From contig JAMDHS010000034.1 of the NCBI GenBank assembly GCA_029717555.1, positions 62,001-126,000 of the forward strand: DNA of 64,000 nt. Direction: 5' to 3'. The DNA comes from Peribolospora baueri. Lineage: Eukaryota. Below the pieces are notes generated by a model. It was not told the DNA's origin, did no database searches, and saw only the letters and a program-made list of their open reading frames with translations. Shown in pieces: positions 12,501-23,860 of the stretch (positions are counted from its first letter, which is position 1; each line of letters starts with the position of its first letter). Made by a program: the position numbers and the translations under genes.

Positions 12501-12794
12501 AGTACTCCGACGACAGGCTCCGGTCGCGCGCGCAAAAATGGACAACGGAATAGAGCATCAGCATCGGCTCACAGCATGGATCCTCAATGTGTCATTCTGG
12601 TTCACTACCACGGGTGGAGGCGGCCAGCTGCCGTTGACGCCGATGGCACGGCGCTCGAAGAGACCGTCCGGGTTGGTGGTCGCGTAGGAGATGTTCCACC
12701 AGTGCTCTATGAGAGCTGCGTCTGCCGTTTGAATGAGCAGGGCGGTGGAGAGGATGAAAGACGCGAAGCGAAGAACGAGCGAGGATGGGCTCAT
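9559..12794 (-). CDS. FET3: Fet3-type multicopper ferroxidase, multi-exon
   Basis: Signal peptide and WNISY...NPDGLFERRAIGVNG; copper motifs LHSHG, WIHGH, HP(F)HLHGH and WIFHCHIEWHLESGL; Fe-site-type residues in EPVP and NWDKGLHP; C-terminal TM ALAGCVITAMLGMATVVWY; divergent from FTR1. Confidence 0.95.
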
Positions 12795-13020
12795 GACGGC
12801 AGTGGCGACGTTCTGACGCTGAGAGGACCAAACGCTGAAATGATCTTGGAGCTTGATGGTGGAACAAGGTCAAAACGAAGTGAGGAAGAGGTGGGGGAAA
12901 GGAGGGGGCGCTGTGGAGGCCTTGCTCTACCCAAGGAGCCCTCTCTTCCTACACAAGCAAAGGGTAGGACAATGGGGTTAGCAAAAATAGCGCGGGAGGG
13001 AGCGGACAGGCGACGAGCGC

Positions 13021-13033
13021 TTATCAGATCAAG
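13021..13033 (-). promoter_or_regulatory. ATCWGATAA iron-responsive GATA-factor site (FET3-proximal)
   Basis: TTATCAGATCAAG; its reverse complement contains ATCTGATAA. An identical 13-mer occurs at 13981. Confidence 0.7.
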
Positions 13034-13980
13034 ATCAGCGAATCGTCGAGGAGCAGGAGAAGCGGCCCCATCATTCGGTGCCTGCTGGCTTCTGCCGCGT
13101 GGTAAACGACGAGCCAAGCTCGGGCGAAGAAGGGGAACAGAAGGAAAGGGCCGGGGCGGGAGCATCGCATCGAGCGGAACGGATGGGCGCCGAGCCGGTT
13201 GGTCTCCACGCTCGGGCTCGCACCGAGACAAGAGCATGTTACTAAGAGCACGAACGGACGCTCAGTTCCGCCGCCGCGGATTGGAGTGGGAAGCACATGC
13301 GGATTGGCGCAAGGATGGGCGGAGGAGAGCGAAAGCCACTTAGCGGAGAACGGCCGCTGCCACTCACCGTTTAGTCAAAAGACGCCCCAGGCGGTGGGTC
13401 GGCTCGGCCGCGACTCGGCGTCTGCTTGGGACACAGCGAGCACAAGTTTGCGGGAGGAGACGCGGGGACCGGAGCGTGAGCGGACGAAGGAATGATGGCG
13501 ACAGAAAGGTGGTGCAGGAGCGAGCAGGGGAAGGTAGAGCAGAAACGGAGGTCAAGTCAGAAGGTCGTTGGAAGTGCCGCGACACGAGCAGCGAACGTCG
13601 ACTCATAGCCGAGCCGGCCCGAATGGCGGATGCTGAGCGGGTCTCAAGATGGTCGCGAACCGCGTCAGTCAGCGCAGGGACTGTCTACTCACGGCGGCGG
13701 CGGCGATGGCGACGACGACGACGAGGAAGGGCGTCTGGTACTGGGGTCGCGTCTGCAGGCAGACGGATGGGGGAAACAGAGGTGGACGTGGGGGCCGAGG
13801 GAGAAGGGAGAAGGGGGAATAAAGAAGGAACAAGAGAGAAGGAAGAAGGGAGAAGGAAATAAGAAATAAGGAACAGGGAGAAGGCAAAGGCCGGACAAAC
13901 GCCGTCGTTGTTGAAGCCCGGAGGGGCGAGACGGCATGGCAGAAGTAGACGACGATGGGTGAAGAAGCGTGGATCCTGAA

Positions 13981-13993
13981 TTATCAGATCAAG
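13981..13993 (-). promoter_or_regulatory. ATCWGATAA iron-responsive GATA-factor site (central)
   Basis: TTATCAGATCAAG, identical to the site at 13021. Confidence 0.7.
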
Positions 13994-14303
13994 CAAGCCT
14001 GTCCATCGGCCGCAGCCGGTAAAGCGGGCCTCCCTGCTCAAGTCCGTTTTTGTGCTCTTTAGCTGCCTGTCAAAGAATGTGTGCACTCTCTCCCCTGCAA
14101 CGGCGCTCCTCGCACTGCAAGCCGAAAGATCGGCCTTCTCTCTCCCAGCTGCCGGCCCCCATGGCGAGCCAGGGTGCTTCCCTGGGCCGCCCAGTGCACC
14201 GGCACAACTCGGAGGCGAAGCGAACGAGACGCCGCGGAAGAGGGAAGAAGCGGAGAAGGGCGGACGCGCGTGGCTTTGGCTGCTGTACAGGCTTAGTGAG
14301 CCA

Positions 14304-14334
14304 TATCTGATCCGCGGATGCCGTGATCAGATAA
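14304..14334. promoter_or_regulatory. Inverted pair of GATA sites upstream of FTR1
   Basis: TATCTGATC-N12-GATCAGATA(A): a perfect 9-bp inverted repeat whose right arm includes the consensus ATCAGATAA (14326-14334). Confidence 0.7.
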
Positions 14335-14428
14335 GGAAAAAGGAAGGTCGCCCTCCCACTAGCCCCGGTCTTCATCCGCCGTGCCCCCTTCACATGGCTA
14401 TACGCGCGACGTTCCTCGCGCTTGCCTT

Positions 14429-14553
14429 CTCTCTCCTCCTCCCCCTCTCCTCATACTTAATACCGTCTTGAGCAACACAGCAACTCTCCCTTCCCTCTCT
14501 CCTCTTCCTCCTCTCTTCATACTTAATACCATCTTGAACAACACCAGCAACTC
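14429..14553 (+). repeat. Imperfect ~66-bp tandem duplication in the FTR1 core promoter/5'UTR
   Basis: CTCTCCTCATACTTAATACCGTCTTGAGCAACACAGCAACTC versus CTCTCTTCATACTTAATACCATCTTGAACAACACCAGCAACTC; CATACTTAA starts at 14452 and 14518. Confidence 0.9.
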
Positions 14554-14658
14554 ATCCTCCGCCGTAGGGCTCGTACAATAGAGCTTCGTAACGTCGACCC
14601 AGCGCACCGTCCTTCCTCCCGCTCTTGTTGACACCGCCCACCGAACCCACTCGCAACC

Positions 14659-16919
14659 ATGGCCAGGGACCTCTTTTCCGTACCCATCTTCTTCGTCCTC
14701 TTTCGTGAGTACACCCCGTCCTCTTCGATCCTTCGCCTTTCCTCCTCTTCCACTGTCCCTCCAGCTCACAACCAGAGGCGCCTTGTCCCCTCCTCCCACC
14801 CCACCCCCATCTCATCCGCAGGCGAGACGCTGGAGGCCTCCATCATCGTCTCCGTTTTGCTCTCCATGGTAGAAGGCATGGTCCGCAACGGTGACCTCGG
14901 CGACCCTTCTCCTCAAAACCCGTCCTTGTCTCATGACAACCCAAGCCAAGAGCAGCGGACCGTCGAGGTCCCTGGTACGGAAACTTCTCGCATCGCCAGC
15001 CAGCTTGACCGCGATACTCTTGCAGGCACGACGGCGGGGACACAAGCGCCCCATACTGAGGAGGCCGTGGTGAGCCCGGAAATCAGGACGAAGAGGTTGA
15101 TTCGCAAGCTGAGAATTCAGGTGAGTCCCCATCGACAAATGCCTCGTCGTCCATTCCTTTCTAACTTGCAGCCGTGCACCTCATCCTTCTTCTTCCCCCG
15201 TCACTCCCTTTCGGGCTCCGCCGTGCTCCCACACAGATCTGGGCAGGCGCGTTGAGCGGCCTTGGCATCGCACTCGCCATTGGTATAGCATTTATCTGCG
15301 TCTTTTATCTCAAGCTCACCAATCTATGGGCCAAGAGCGGTGGGTATGCCTACCGCATTTAGACCCACGTCTTCTGCCGGACCTCGCCCGTTCTCCTTCA
15401 CTGATTTTCCGCTATCCCTTCTTGACTCAAAATCCATCCGACCTGCCCCGTCGTCGTCTTGTGCCCGCGCACCGCGCCTCAGAGGACCTGTGGGAAGGCA
15501 TCTTCAGCCTGATCGCTTCCCTGCTCATCCTCGCCATGTCCACCGCAATGCTCAAGATCGACAGGGCCCAGGCGAAATGGCGCGTCAAGCTCGCCGCCGC
15601 CTTCGCCGACACCAAGGACGGCGGCCACGGTTCCGCCGCGACGGTGGGGGCGAAGCCGTCCAAGCTGTCCAAGTACTCCATCTTCCTCCTTCCTTTCGTC
15701 ACCGTGCTCCGAGAGGGCATCGAGGCCTCCGTATTTACCGCTGGCGTGAGCTTGAGCGAGAAGGCGACCAGCATCCCTATCGCCGCCATCGTTGGCGTGC
15801 TTTGTGGTGCCGCCATTGGATACGCCATTTATCGCGGCGGCAACGTCATCAAAATCAAGTAGTAAGTCACCTTCCTTCTTCCATCGTCAAGTATCCCCCG
15901 AGCTCACTTGCTCATCCTCCTTCTCCGTCGGGCCGATTCAACCTCGCGTCCACTCGTAGCTTCCTCGTCGCCTCGACGTGTCTCCTTCTGCTCGTCGCCT
16001 CAGGCCTCTTTACCCGCGCCGTCGGCTTCTTCCAGAACTACGAATTCAACAAGTCCGTCGGCGCCGACGTTTTCGAGAGCAGCGACGGACCCGGCAGTTT
16101 CAACGTTCAAGGCAACGTTTGGCATCTCACTTATGGGTGGGTGGATCTCGTCCATGTGGCCCTCAACGGTCAACTCGAAGAGCGATGCGATCGGCACCGG
16201 TATGGTTCGTCGAAGAAAGCTCGGCTGACTGGTGTCTTTCCACCGCTTTTATCCCTCATACTTCTTCTTCCTACTCCTTGTCCGCGCTGACGATACAGCA
16301 ACCCGGGGAACTTCGCCGACGGGTCGTGGTCCATTTTCAACGCCATCCTCGGCTGGACGAACAACGCCACGCTGGGCACGGTCCTGTGAGTGGCGAGTGG
16401 CGTACCATGAACGTCGGCCGAGGCGCCGACATCCGGCCCTCGTACCACTGGCTCCCTCTCTAACGTGCCGCACAACTCATGCCCGTATATCACGTCCCAT
16501 CTTGCCCTCCCTCTCCCTCCCGACATCTCTCCCACAGCTCGTACTGCCTTTACTGGCTCATGGTTATCGCCATCCTCGTCTACCTCAAGTGGAAGGAAGG
16601 CCGCGTCACTTTCTGCGGCTTCGCTTCCCGGTCACCCGAAGCCGTCGAGTGGCGCCGAAAGCTCGCAACAGTGAAGGAGAAGAAGCGCGTCGCCGCTGCC
16701 GCTGCCGCCGCTGATAACTCGTCTACCCCCGAGGCCGAAGCGACGGGCGCGGTTGCGGACTCGTCCCATCCCGGAAAGAATGGAGGGAGGGCACGGGACG
16801 GCGAGCCAGAGCGTCTCGAGAAGGATAAGTCAGATGGAATCGTGGAGAAGGCCGAGGCGACCGACGAGGAGCGAGGGGAGGCTAGTTTTGTGAACGATCT
16901 TCCAAAGAGACCTCAATAG
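14659..16919 (+). CDS. FTR1: High-affinity iron permease Ftr1, multi-exon
   Basis: MARDLFSVPIFFVLF|RETLEASIIVSVLL, second REXXE motif VLREGIEASVF, EDLWEGIFSLIAS, GWTNNATLG, YCLYWLMVIAILVYLKWKEGR; stop at 16917-16919. Confidence 0.96.
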
Positions 16920-17529
16920 TTAAGCTTACGTAGAGAGTCATGAACACATAGAAAACGCATCGAGCGCCTACTGGCCCCGTTTGTCCTTACGATGTCACGT
17001 TACTACGATCCTATCCTTCCATCATGAAATGTGATGATGAACGTATTGTGGGATTGAGACCGAACCGTTGTGAAGGTGCGAGTGCGGACGCATTTCGCGC
17101 ACGACGGGATGTAGACGGTCGTCCGAAAACCGTCGAGCATCCTCGTCACGTACGAAGACGACAGAAAAGCTGCCAGCGCGTACGCACGACGTATGTGGAC
17201 GGGCCTTCCACCACGACGCTGCCGCCACCGTCTACATGCTCTCTCTCGCTGGCGGCGCCATCTTCCATGGGCACCACTTCTTTTGTGCCTCCTCCACCTC
17301 CTAGCTCTGCCTCTACCTGGTGGACTGCGATGATGATGCGTTCAAGTCCCTCTGTGCTCGTACCGTACCGGTGTTAGGTTCCAATACCCTGAGATTTTCT
17401 CAATACAGTACCCAACTAACCCGTTAGGTCCCCGCGTGTATACTGCACGGCACGTGACGCGCGGTGGCTTGATCGAACCTTCTCAACCGGTTCGTCGACT
17501 TCCTCGTTACCATCCTCCACAAGCCCAAC

Positions 17530-18879
<1,350 letters not shown>

Positions 18880-19275
18880 AATTTATGGCCGGTCCGGATC
18901 GACCCTTTACTCGAGACCACTCGCCCGTCCGGACAAAGGTCCTTCTTGAACACGACGAAAGATAGGCGTGAAGGTATTAAGGTCAAGAGTCGCTGCGACC
19001 GTTTTAATAGACTGTTACTACATTCCTCCATTCCGACGCCGGGAAGCGAAAGCAACAGATCTATCTACCTACATGCACGCTGTGCAGAACAGAGGACGAG
19101 CAAAATGTGCGAGTACAGCAGACGCAGTGAGAGTTTGTGTTTTGGGAAATAGAGAGAACGGAAGGAGAGATGCCCGGCCGCTTTGAAGGCGGTGGCGAGA
19201 TGAAACAGAGGATGGGATCGACGCGTCCATGGGAAGAACCGGGGAAGAGAAGATAGACAAAGGATCCCAAAAGAA

Positions 19276-19400
19276 AGGAGAGAGAGGGGGGAAGGAGAGA
19301 GAGGGGGGCAAGGAGAGAGAGGGGGGGAAGGAGAGAGAGGGGGGGAAGGGAGGAAAGAGAGGGGTGGGAAAGGGAGGTGAGAGAGGGGGGGGGGGAAAGG
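19276..19400. repeat. Purine-rich ~18-bp minisatellite (AAGGAGAGAGAGGGGGGG-like)
   Basis: About four near-perfect units followed by degenerate units, between the convergent 3' ends of CFIm25 and the WetA-like gene. Confidence 0.85.
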
Positions 19401-19715
19401 CGACGACTCAACTCGACGACTCCAGGTCGCCATTATGAGGAAGAGGAGACAAGCGTCTTCGTCGGGAGCCTTGCCCATGTCCGGGGATGTGATGATGAAA
19501 CAAGGAGCCAACTAGAGAAAGGGTGTGTGGGCGAAACCGGTACGAGAGAAGGAAAGAGATGGTATGACCAACACTTGTGTCCATGCCGAAGAAAGGAATG
19601 TGGGTAACAAAACAGAGTAGAGAAAGACGGGGAAGGAAAACGCATGTTGCGGTCCGAGTCCGAGCACGGTCCTACCGTGGACGTCGACAAGAAACAGAGG
19701 GCAGCGGGGTCGCTT

Positions 19716-22592
19716 TCAGTTGGCCTTGCTGCGAGGCCGAGCGGCGCCAGTGGCCTTGCTCCTAGCCTTGGAGCTCTTGGCCTTGGCCTTGGCCTTACCA
19801 GCCACCTTCCTGCCGCTCACGCTGGTGAGCCTTCCGCCGAGGTCGTCCTCCGACGATCCATCCTCCACACTGCTGCCATCGTCGTCATCGTCGTCCCTAC
19901 CACCGCCACCTCCAGCTTTGCCTTTGCCCTTCCCGGGGAATCGGCGGACCCTCCGCTTAACTTCGTCCCCCCTCTTCCGCTTGCTGCTTCCGCTAGGGGC
20001 GACGGCAGCGCAGATTTCCTCCGCGTCCACGGGAGTGTAGTGCTTCCAGCGCAAGCCAGTCTCGTCCATCTCGTCGTACGATTCGCCATCGCTGAAAGCA
20101 GGAGAGGCCGGGGCCGTGGGAGCGGCCCGGGTGGGGGTCGAGTTGAAGTTGAACGGCTGCGGAGCCTGAGGGCTCGCGCTGCATGCGGTGAAGCCATCGC
20201 TGAAGCTGAAGGGCGTCGAAGGGACAAACCCAAGGTACTCGCCCCCACCCTGTTGACCAGCGTAAGACGCGGGAGAAAAAGGCGTTGCTGCGAAGGTGGG
20301 GTGGCTGTAGCTCGAAGGAGTCATGGCCTTCACCGGCGGCTTGGGCCTAGTGGGGGTGCTGCTGCGCATGTTGGGCGTCGAGCGGGCCGGGTTGATCCTA
20401 CTGGGTGACACCTGACGCATGTGCGCGCCCATCCCCGCGTCAAATCCGCCTGGCGTGTTCACGCTCTCGCACGACGAGCTGGTGGAGAGGGTCGACCCGC
20501 CGGCAGACGAGGGGTAGAAGAAAGGCATGTTGTGCGGGAAGGCAGGCGGATAGTGAACGAGTGGACTGACGGGGACGCTGACGCTGTGCATCATGTTGGC
20601 CATGCTGGCATTGGCCGTTCCCATCATGTGGTTTTGCTGGCGAAAGGGCACGGTGCCAAACTGCATCTGCTGCGCGTGCGTGTGCACCTGGGCTTGACGA
20701 GTGGCGAGCGCGTGCGCTTGCGAGTAGGACATGGGACCTGACGAGGACATCAAATGTCCTCGCTGCATCTGCATCGGCGCGGTCTGAGGCTGCCCATCGG
20801 GAGCGACGGTGACGGGCACCGAGACGAAACCGAGTCCGCTGGGATGAGGGACAACTTGATGGGGAATGAAGTGACGCTGAACAGGGCCAGGAGCCGACAC
20901 GGGTGCAGGATCTGGGAAGGCCGGCCCAAGCGTCGTAGCTGCGTCCGAGTGTTGGGCCTGCGAGCTGGACTGTTGGGCCTGGGTGGATGCGTTTGCACCC
21001 TGCGAGTGCGACTGGCTGAAGGACTGGCACTGCTGCTGGAGCTTCCTCAGCCCTTCCATCCGCTCGTTGGCGGCCTTGGTGTCGATCGGACGCGGGGCTT
21101 CGACACGACGCTTGGCGGCGATAGTGGCAGCCCCGGCCTTCGGACTGGAAGTGGTCGGGACTTGCGTCGCTGCCTCCGTCGTTGGACCGGCGCTGGCCTT
21201 GGCGGCAGTTTGCGGAGAAGCACTTGGCTGGGCGGTAGTCTGAGGAGCAGCGCTAGACTGGCCGGTGATGTGGCCAGGCGCAGTAGACTGAGACGTGTTG
21301 CTGGCCTGAGGATCCTGAGGATCAGCAGGTTTGGACGCAACGCCGGGAACGCGGCAAGGGAGCTGAATCGGAGACACGCGCCAGAGATCCTGCGGCGAGA
21401 TGGTACGCGAAGCGGTGGACCAAAGGGTAGGGTCGGAGGGCGGCTTGCGCAGGCCGGAAGACGAAACGAGCTTGAGCGCATTGGCCAGGCTGCTCTCTGC
21501 CGGGGTAGGCGGGTACTTCCGCGGGCCTTCGGTCTTGGAGGTCAGGCTGGTCACAGACATGGCGTCCATAGGCTTCTGGCTCAAGGAAATCGCGCGAGGC
21601 CTAGCGTTCTCCATGATGGCGCCGTCACTAGCGGCACGAGGGTGGTGGGAGGGCCGGGGGCCGCTGTCGATGTTGCCGTCGGAGACGAAGGAAGCCAGAG
21701 CGTCGGCCAGCGTGGACTGGTAGCCCTCAACAGGACGACTGTCGCCGGGCCCGGCGAGCCCATCCGTCGGTTTCGCCGTGGCGTGCGAGCCGGAAAGGGC
21801 CAAACCGTCAATGCCGCCGGCCAAGGGAACCGACGAGAAATGGTCCGTCAGAGGAGAGACATCCTTGAGGCCATCCAACGAGGAGAAGGGCGTGTCTGGA
21901 GACTTTGCGAATGCCGGAGTGAGGATGCCGTCTCCCTCGGGGCCGAGCTCGGAAGGATGGAAGTTGAATGCGCCGTCGAACGAGTCCATCGCGTCGAAGT
22001 TGGACGTCTCGCTGATCAGACGGTTGACCCAGTCCATGCCGTGAAAGCTGCCGACGGTGTTGTCGATGTCAGTGTTCCAATCGGATGACAAGTCGGCAGG
22101 AGTGCGGAGACCATCGGTGAGAGGCGTGTGAAGACCTCCAATGATGTCCCGAGGGGCACAGTCGACTCCTCGAGTCAAGTCAACGATGGGACCACGGACG
22201 TCAGGGCGTGCGGAACGAAGGCGGGGAGGGGGGGTCACGGTCCTGTTCGTCTTGTCCGACTTGGGCGAGTCGTCGCGGTCCGAGGAGTTACTCGAGTTGG
22301 ATCCGGCGACTACGGCGGCCATCGGCTGCAAGTTGTAAATTCCGAGGGCCGATCCGGAGAGGACGCTGGAGGCGGCAATGGTGTCGGGGGTGACTTTGGT
22401 GTTGGTAGGTGAGTGGGACAGCCCGGCCGAGGTCGCAGCCGTTGCCAAGGTGGGATGAGCCTTGGGCTGTGGGAAAGCTACGACGGCCGAGGCCGAAGAG
22501 AGAGACGAAGTTGAGAAGGGGTCAGGGGCAGAAAGGGCGGCGTGCACGGAAGAGAGAGTCAAGTCGGAAGCTTCCCAGTCAAACTCCATCAT
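19716..22592 (-). CDS. Large disordered protein with C-terminal WetA/Esc1-like motif; putative transcription regulator
   Basis: Intronless ~958-aa ORF from ATG 22592, with TATA-like TATTAAATA near 22830. The motif WKHYTPVDAEEICAAVAPSGSSKRKR resembles the WetA core F.NFTP.D..KIL.GVAPSGSSK. S/P/Q-rich body and basic NLS-like tail. Confidence 0.7.
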   Translation of the reverse strand: MMEFDWEASDLTLSSVHAALSAPDPFSTSSLSSASAVVAFPQPKAHPTLATAATSAGLSHSPTNTKVTPDTIAASSVLSGSALGIYNLQPMAAVVAGSNSSNSSDRDDSPKSDKTNRTVTPPPRLRSARPDVRGPIVDLTRGVDCAPRDIIGGLHTPLTDGLRTPADLSSDWNTDIDNTVGSFHGMDWVNRLISETSNFDAMDSFDGAFNFHPSELGPEGDGILTPAFAKSPDTPFSSLDGLKDVSPLTDHFSSVPLAGGIDGLALSGSHATAKPTDGLAGPGDSRPVEGYQSTLADALASFVSDGNIDSGPRPSHHPRAASDGAIMENARPRAISLSQKPMDAMSVTSLTSKTEGPRKYPPTPAESSLANALKLVSSSGLRKPPSDPTLWSTASRTISPQDLWRVSPIQLPCRVPGVASKPADPQDPQASNTSQSTAPGHITGQSSAAPQTTAQPSASPQTAAKASAGPTTEAATQVPTTSSPKAGAATIAAKRRVEAPRPIDTKAANERMEGLRKLQQQCQSFSQSHSQGANASTQAQQSSSQAQHSDAATTLGPAFPDPAPVSAPGPVQRHFIPHQVVPHPSGLGFVSVPVTVAPDGQPQTAPMQMQRGHLMSSSGPMSYSQAHALATRQAQVHTHAQQMQFGTVPFRQQNHMMGTANASMANMMHSVSVPVSPLVHYPPAFPHNMPFFYPSSAGGSTLSTSSSCESVNTPGGFDAGMGAHMRQVSPSRINPARSTPNMRSSTPTRPKPPVKAMTPSSYSHPTFAATPFSPASYAGQQGGGEYLGFVPSTPFSFSDGFTACSASPQAPQPFNFNSTPTRAAPTAPASPAFSDGESYDEMDETGLRWKHYTPVDAEEICAAVAPSGSSKRKRGDEVKRRVRRFPGKGKGKAGGGGGRDDDDDDGSSVEDGSSEDDLGGRLTSVSGRKVAGKAKAKAKSSKARSKATGAARPRSKAN

Positions 22593-23860
22593 TTCGAATG
22601 ATTCGGGGCTTTTGGACTGGGGAAAGGTGACCGAGGTGGGTAGGGAAAGCAAAGAACGAGAGCGTTCTGAGAAAAGAGCAAGTGGCCGGCACGTCTTCCG
22701 CTGGAGATTCCTTGAGCGCTTGGGACGATCCCTGGAGTCGCTGCAGAGGAGATCTACTCTGTGAAAAGCTGCGAAACGACAGAGAAGAATGTGGGAGGAG
22801 AAAAGGAATGTAGAGAAGAACGCGGCGTATTTAATAGTGGGGATCAGCGGATTAAAGGAGAGTCCTCGTATGGCCAGCGTACGAGGAGGAGGATGGGGGT
22901 GTCGCGGATGATGATGGTGGTGGGACGAAGAAGGGAGGGTGGGTGGGTGGGAATGGTGGGATGGGAGACGGTGACATATGAAGTGAGACCCGGGGGCCGC
23001 GCGGGAACCCAGCGCGTTAGTTAGATGTCGTCGGATTCGAGTAGATGTTGTTCGCTTGCATCGAAGATCCGTCGACGACAGCCATCACCCGGCGTTTCGA
23101 AGAGCGTCGACGCTGGCCCTTGGAAGTGCATCCGGCCAATGTGGAGCTGAGCTGGACAAGAGTCGACCATTTCGTCCGGTATCCTGCTCGAAGCCGGTCG
23201 TCGACCAGATTCTGAAACGAGGCCTTGGGTTACTAGCGTTTAGCGTTGTCTTCGCCAAGCGTCCAGCGTCCACTCGGGGACTTGGCAAGACATCAGAAGA
23301 CAAGCGTCAGTATCGCGACATTTCTCCGACCCTCTGTGAGTCGAAGGGCAATTGGCTCGACCGACCGATAGGTAGGCAGATGGCCAGACTATCGACGTTC
23401 CTGACTTGGCGGGGTGATGGTGGTGTCCGATCAACTCCACATCCTGCACGTTGCCGCAGCAAGACGCGTTCTGGCCTTCGTTGGCCCGTGCGCAGGGAGC
23501 AAGCTCGTGCACAAGACCAGTCTCGCCAAGACCGACCGCCGATACAGACGAATGAGAAGAATGTTTGTTTCCGTGGTCTTCGGTGGCTTGAAGGGATAGA
23601 TGTACATTTCCAAGGTCAGGTGAGCAGCTGTACCGCTCGTGCCACCGCCAACGCGTCGTGGTTCGACTTGAAGGCGCGGAGACGTATTTGTCTTCTCCAG
23701 TCGCCCTCGACGAGGCAAACGACTTGGACGGAGCTCGATCCTCGACGATATTACCAATATACGCTTAAATACAAGAGCACAGAGCGCGAGTAAACAATGA
23801 ATACCACTCGCAAACCTGAAACGCACGGAGGCCACGCCGGACGGGATCTGAACGACGTTT

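Noticed and set aside
23056..23793. 245-aa plus-strand ORF between the WetA-like gene and EAF3
   Set aside because: Non-ATG start, no recognisable motif and no coding-like composition.
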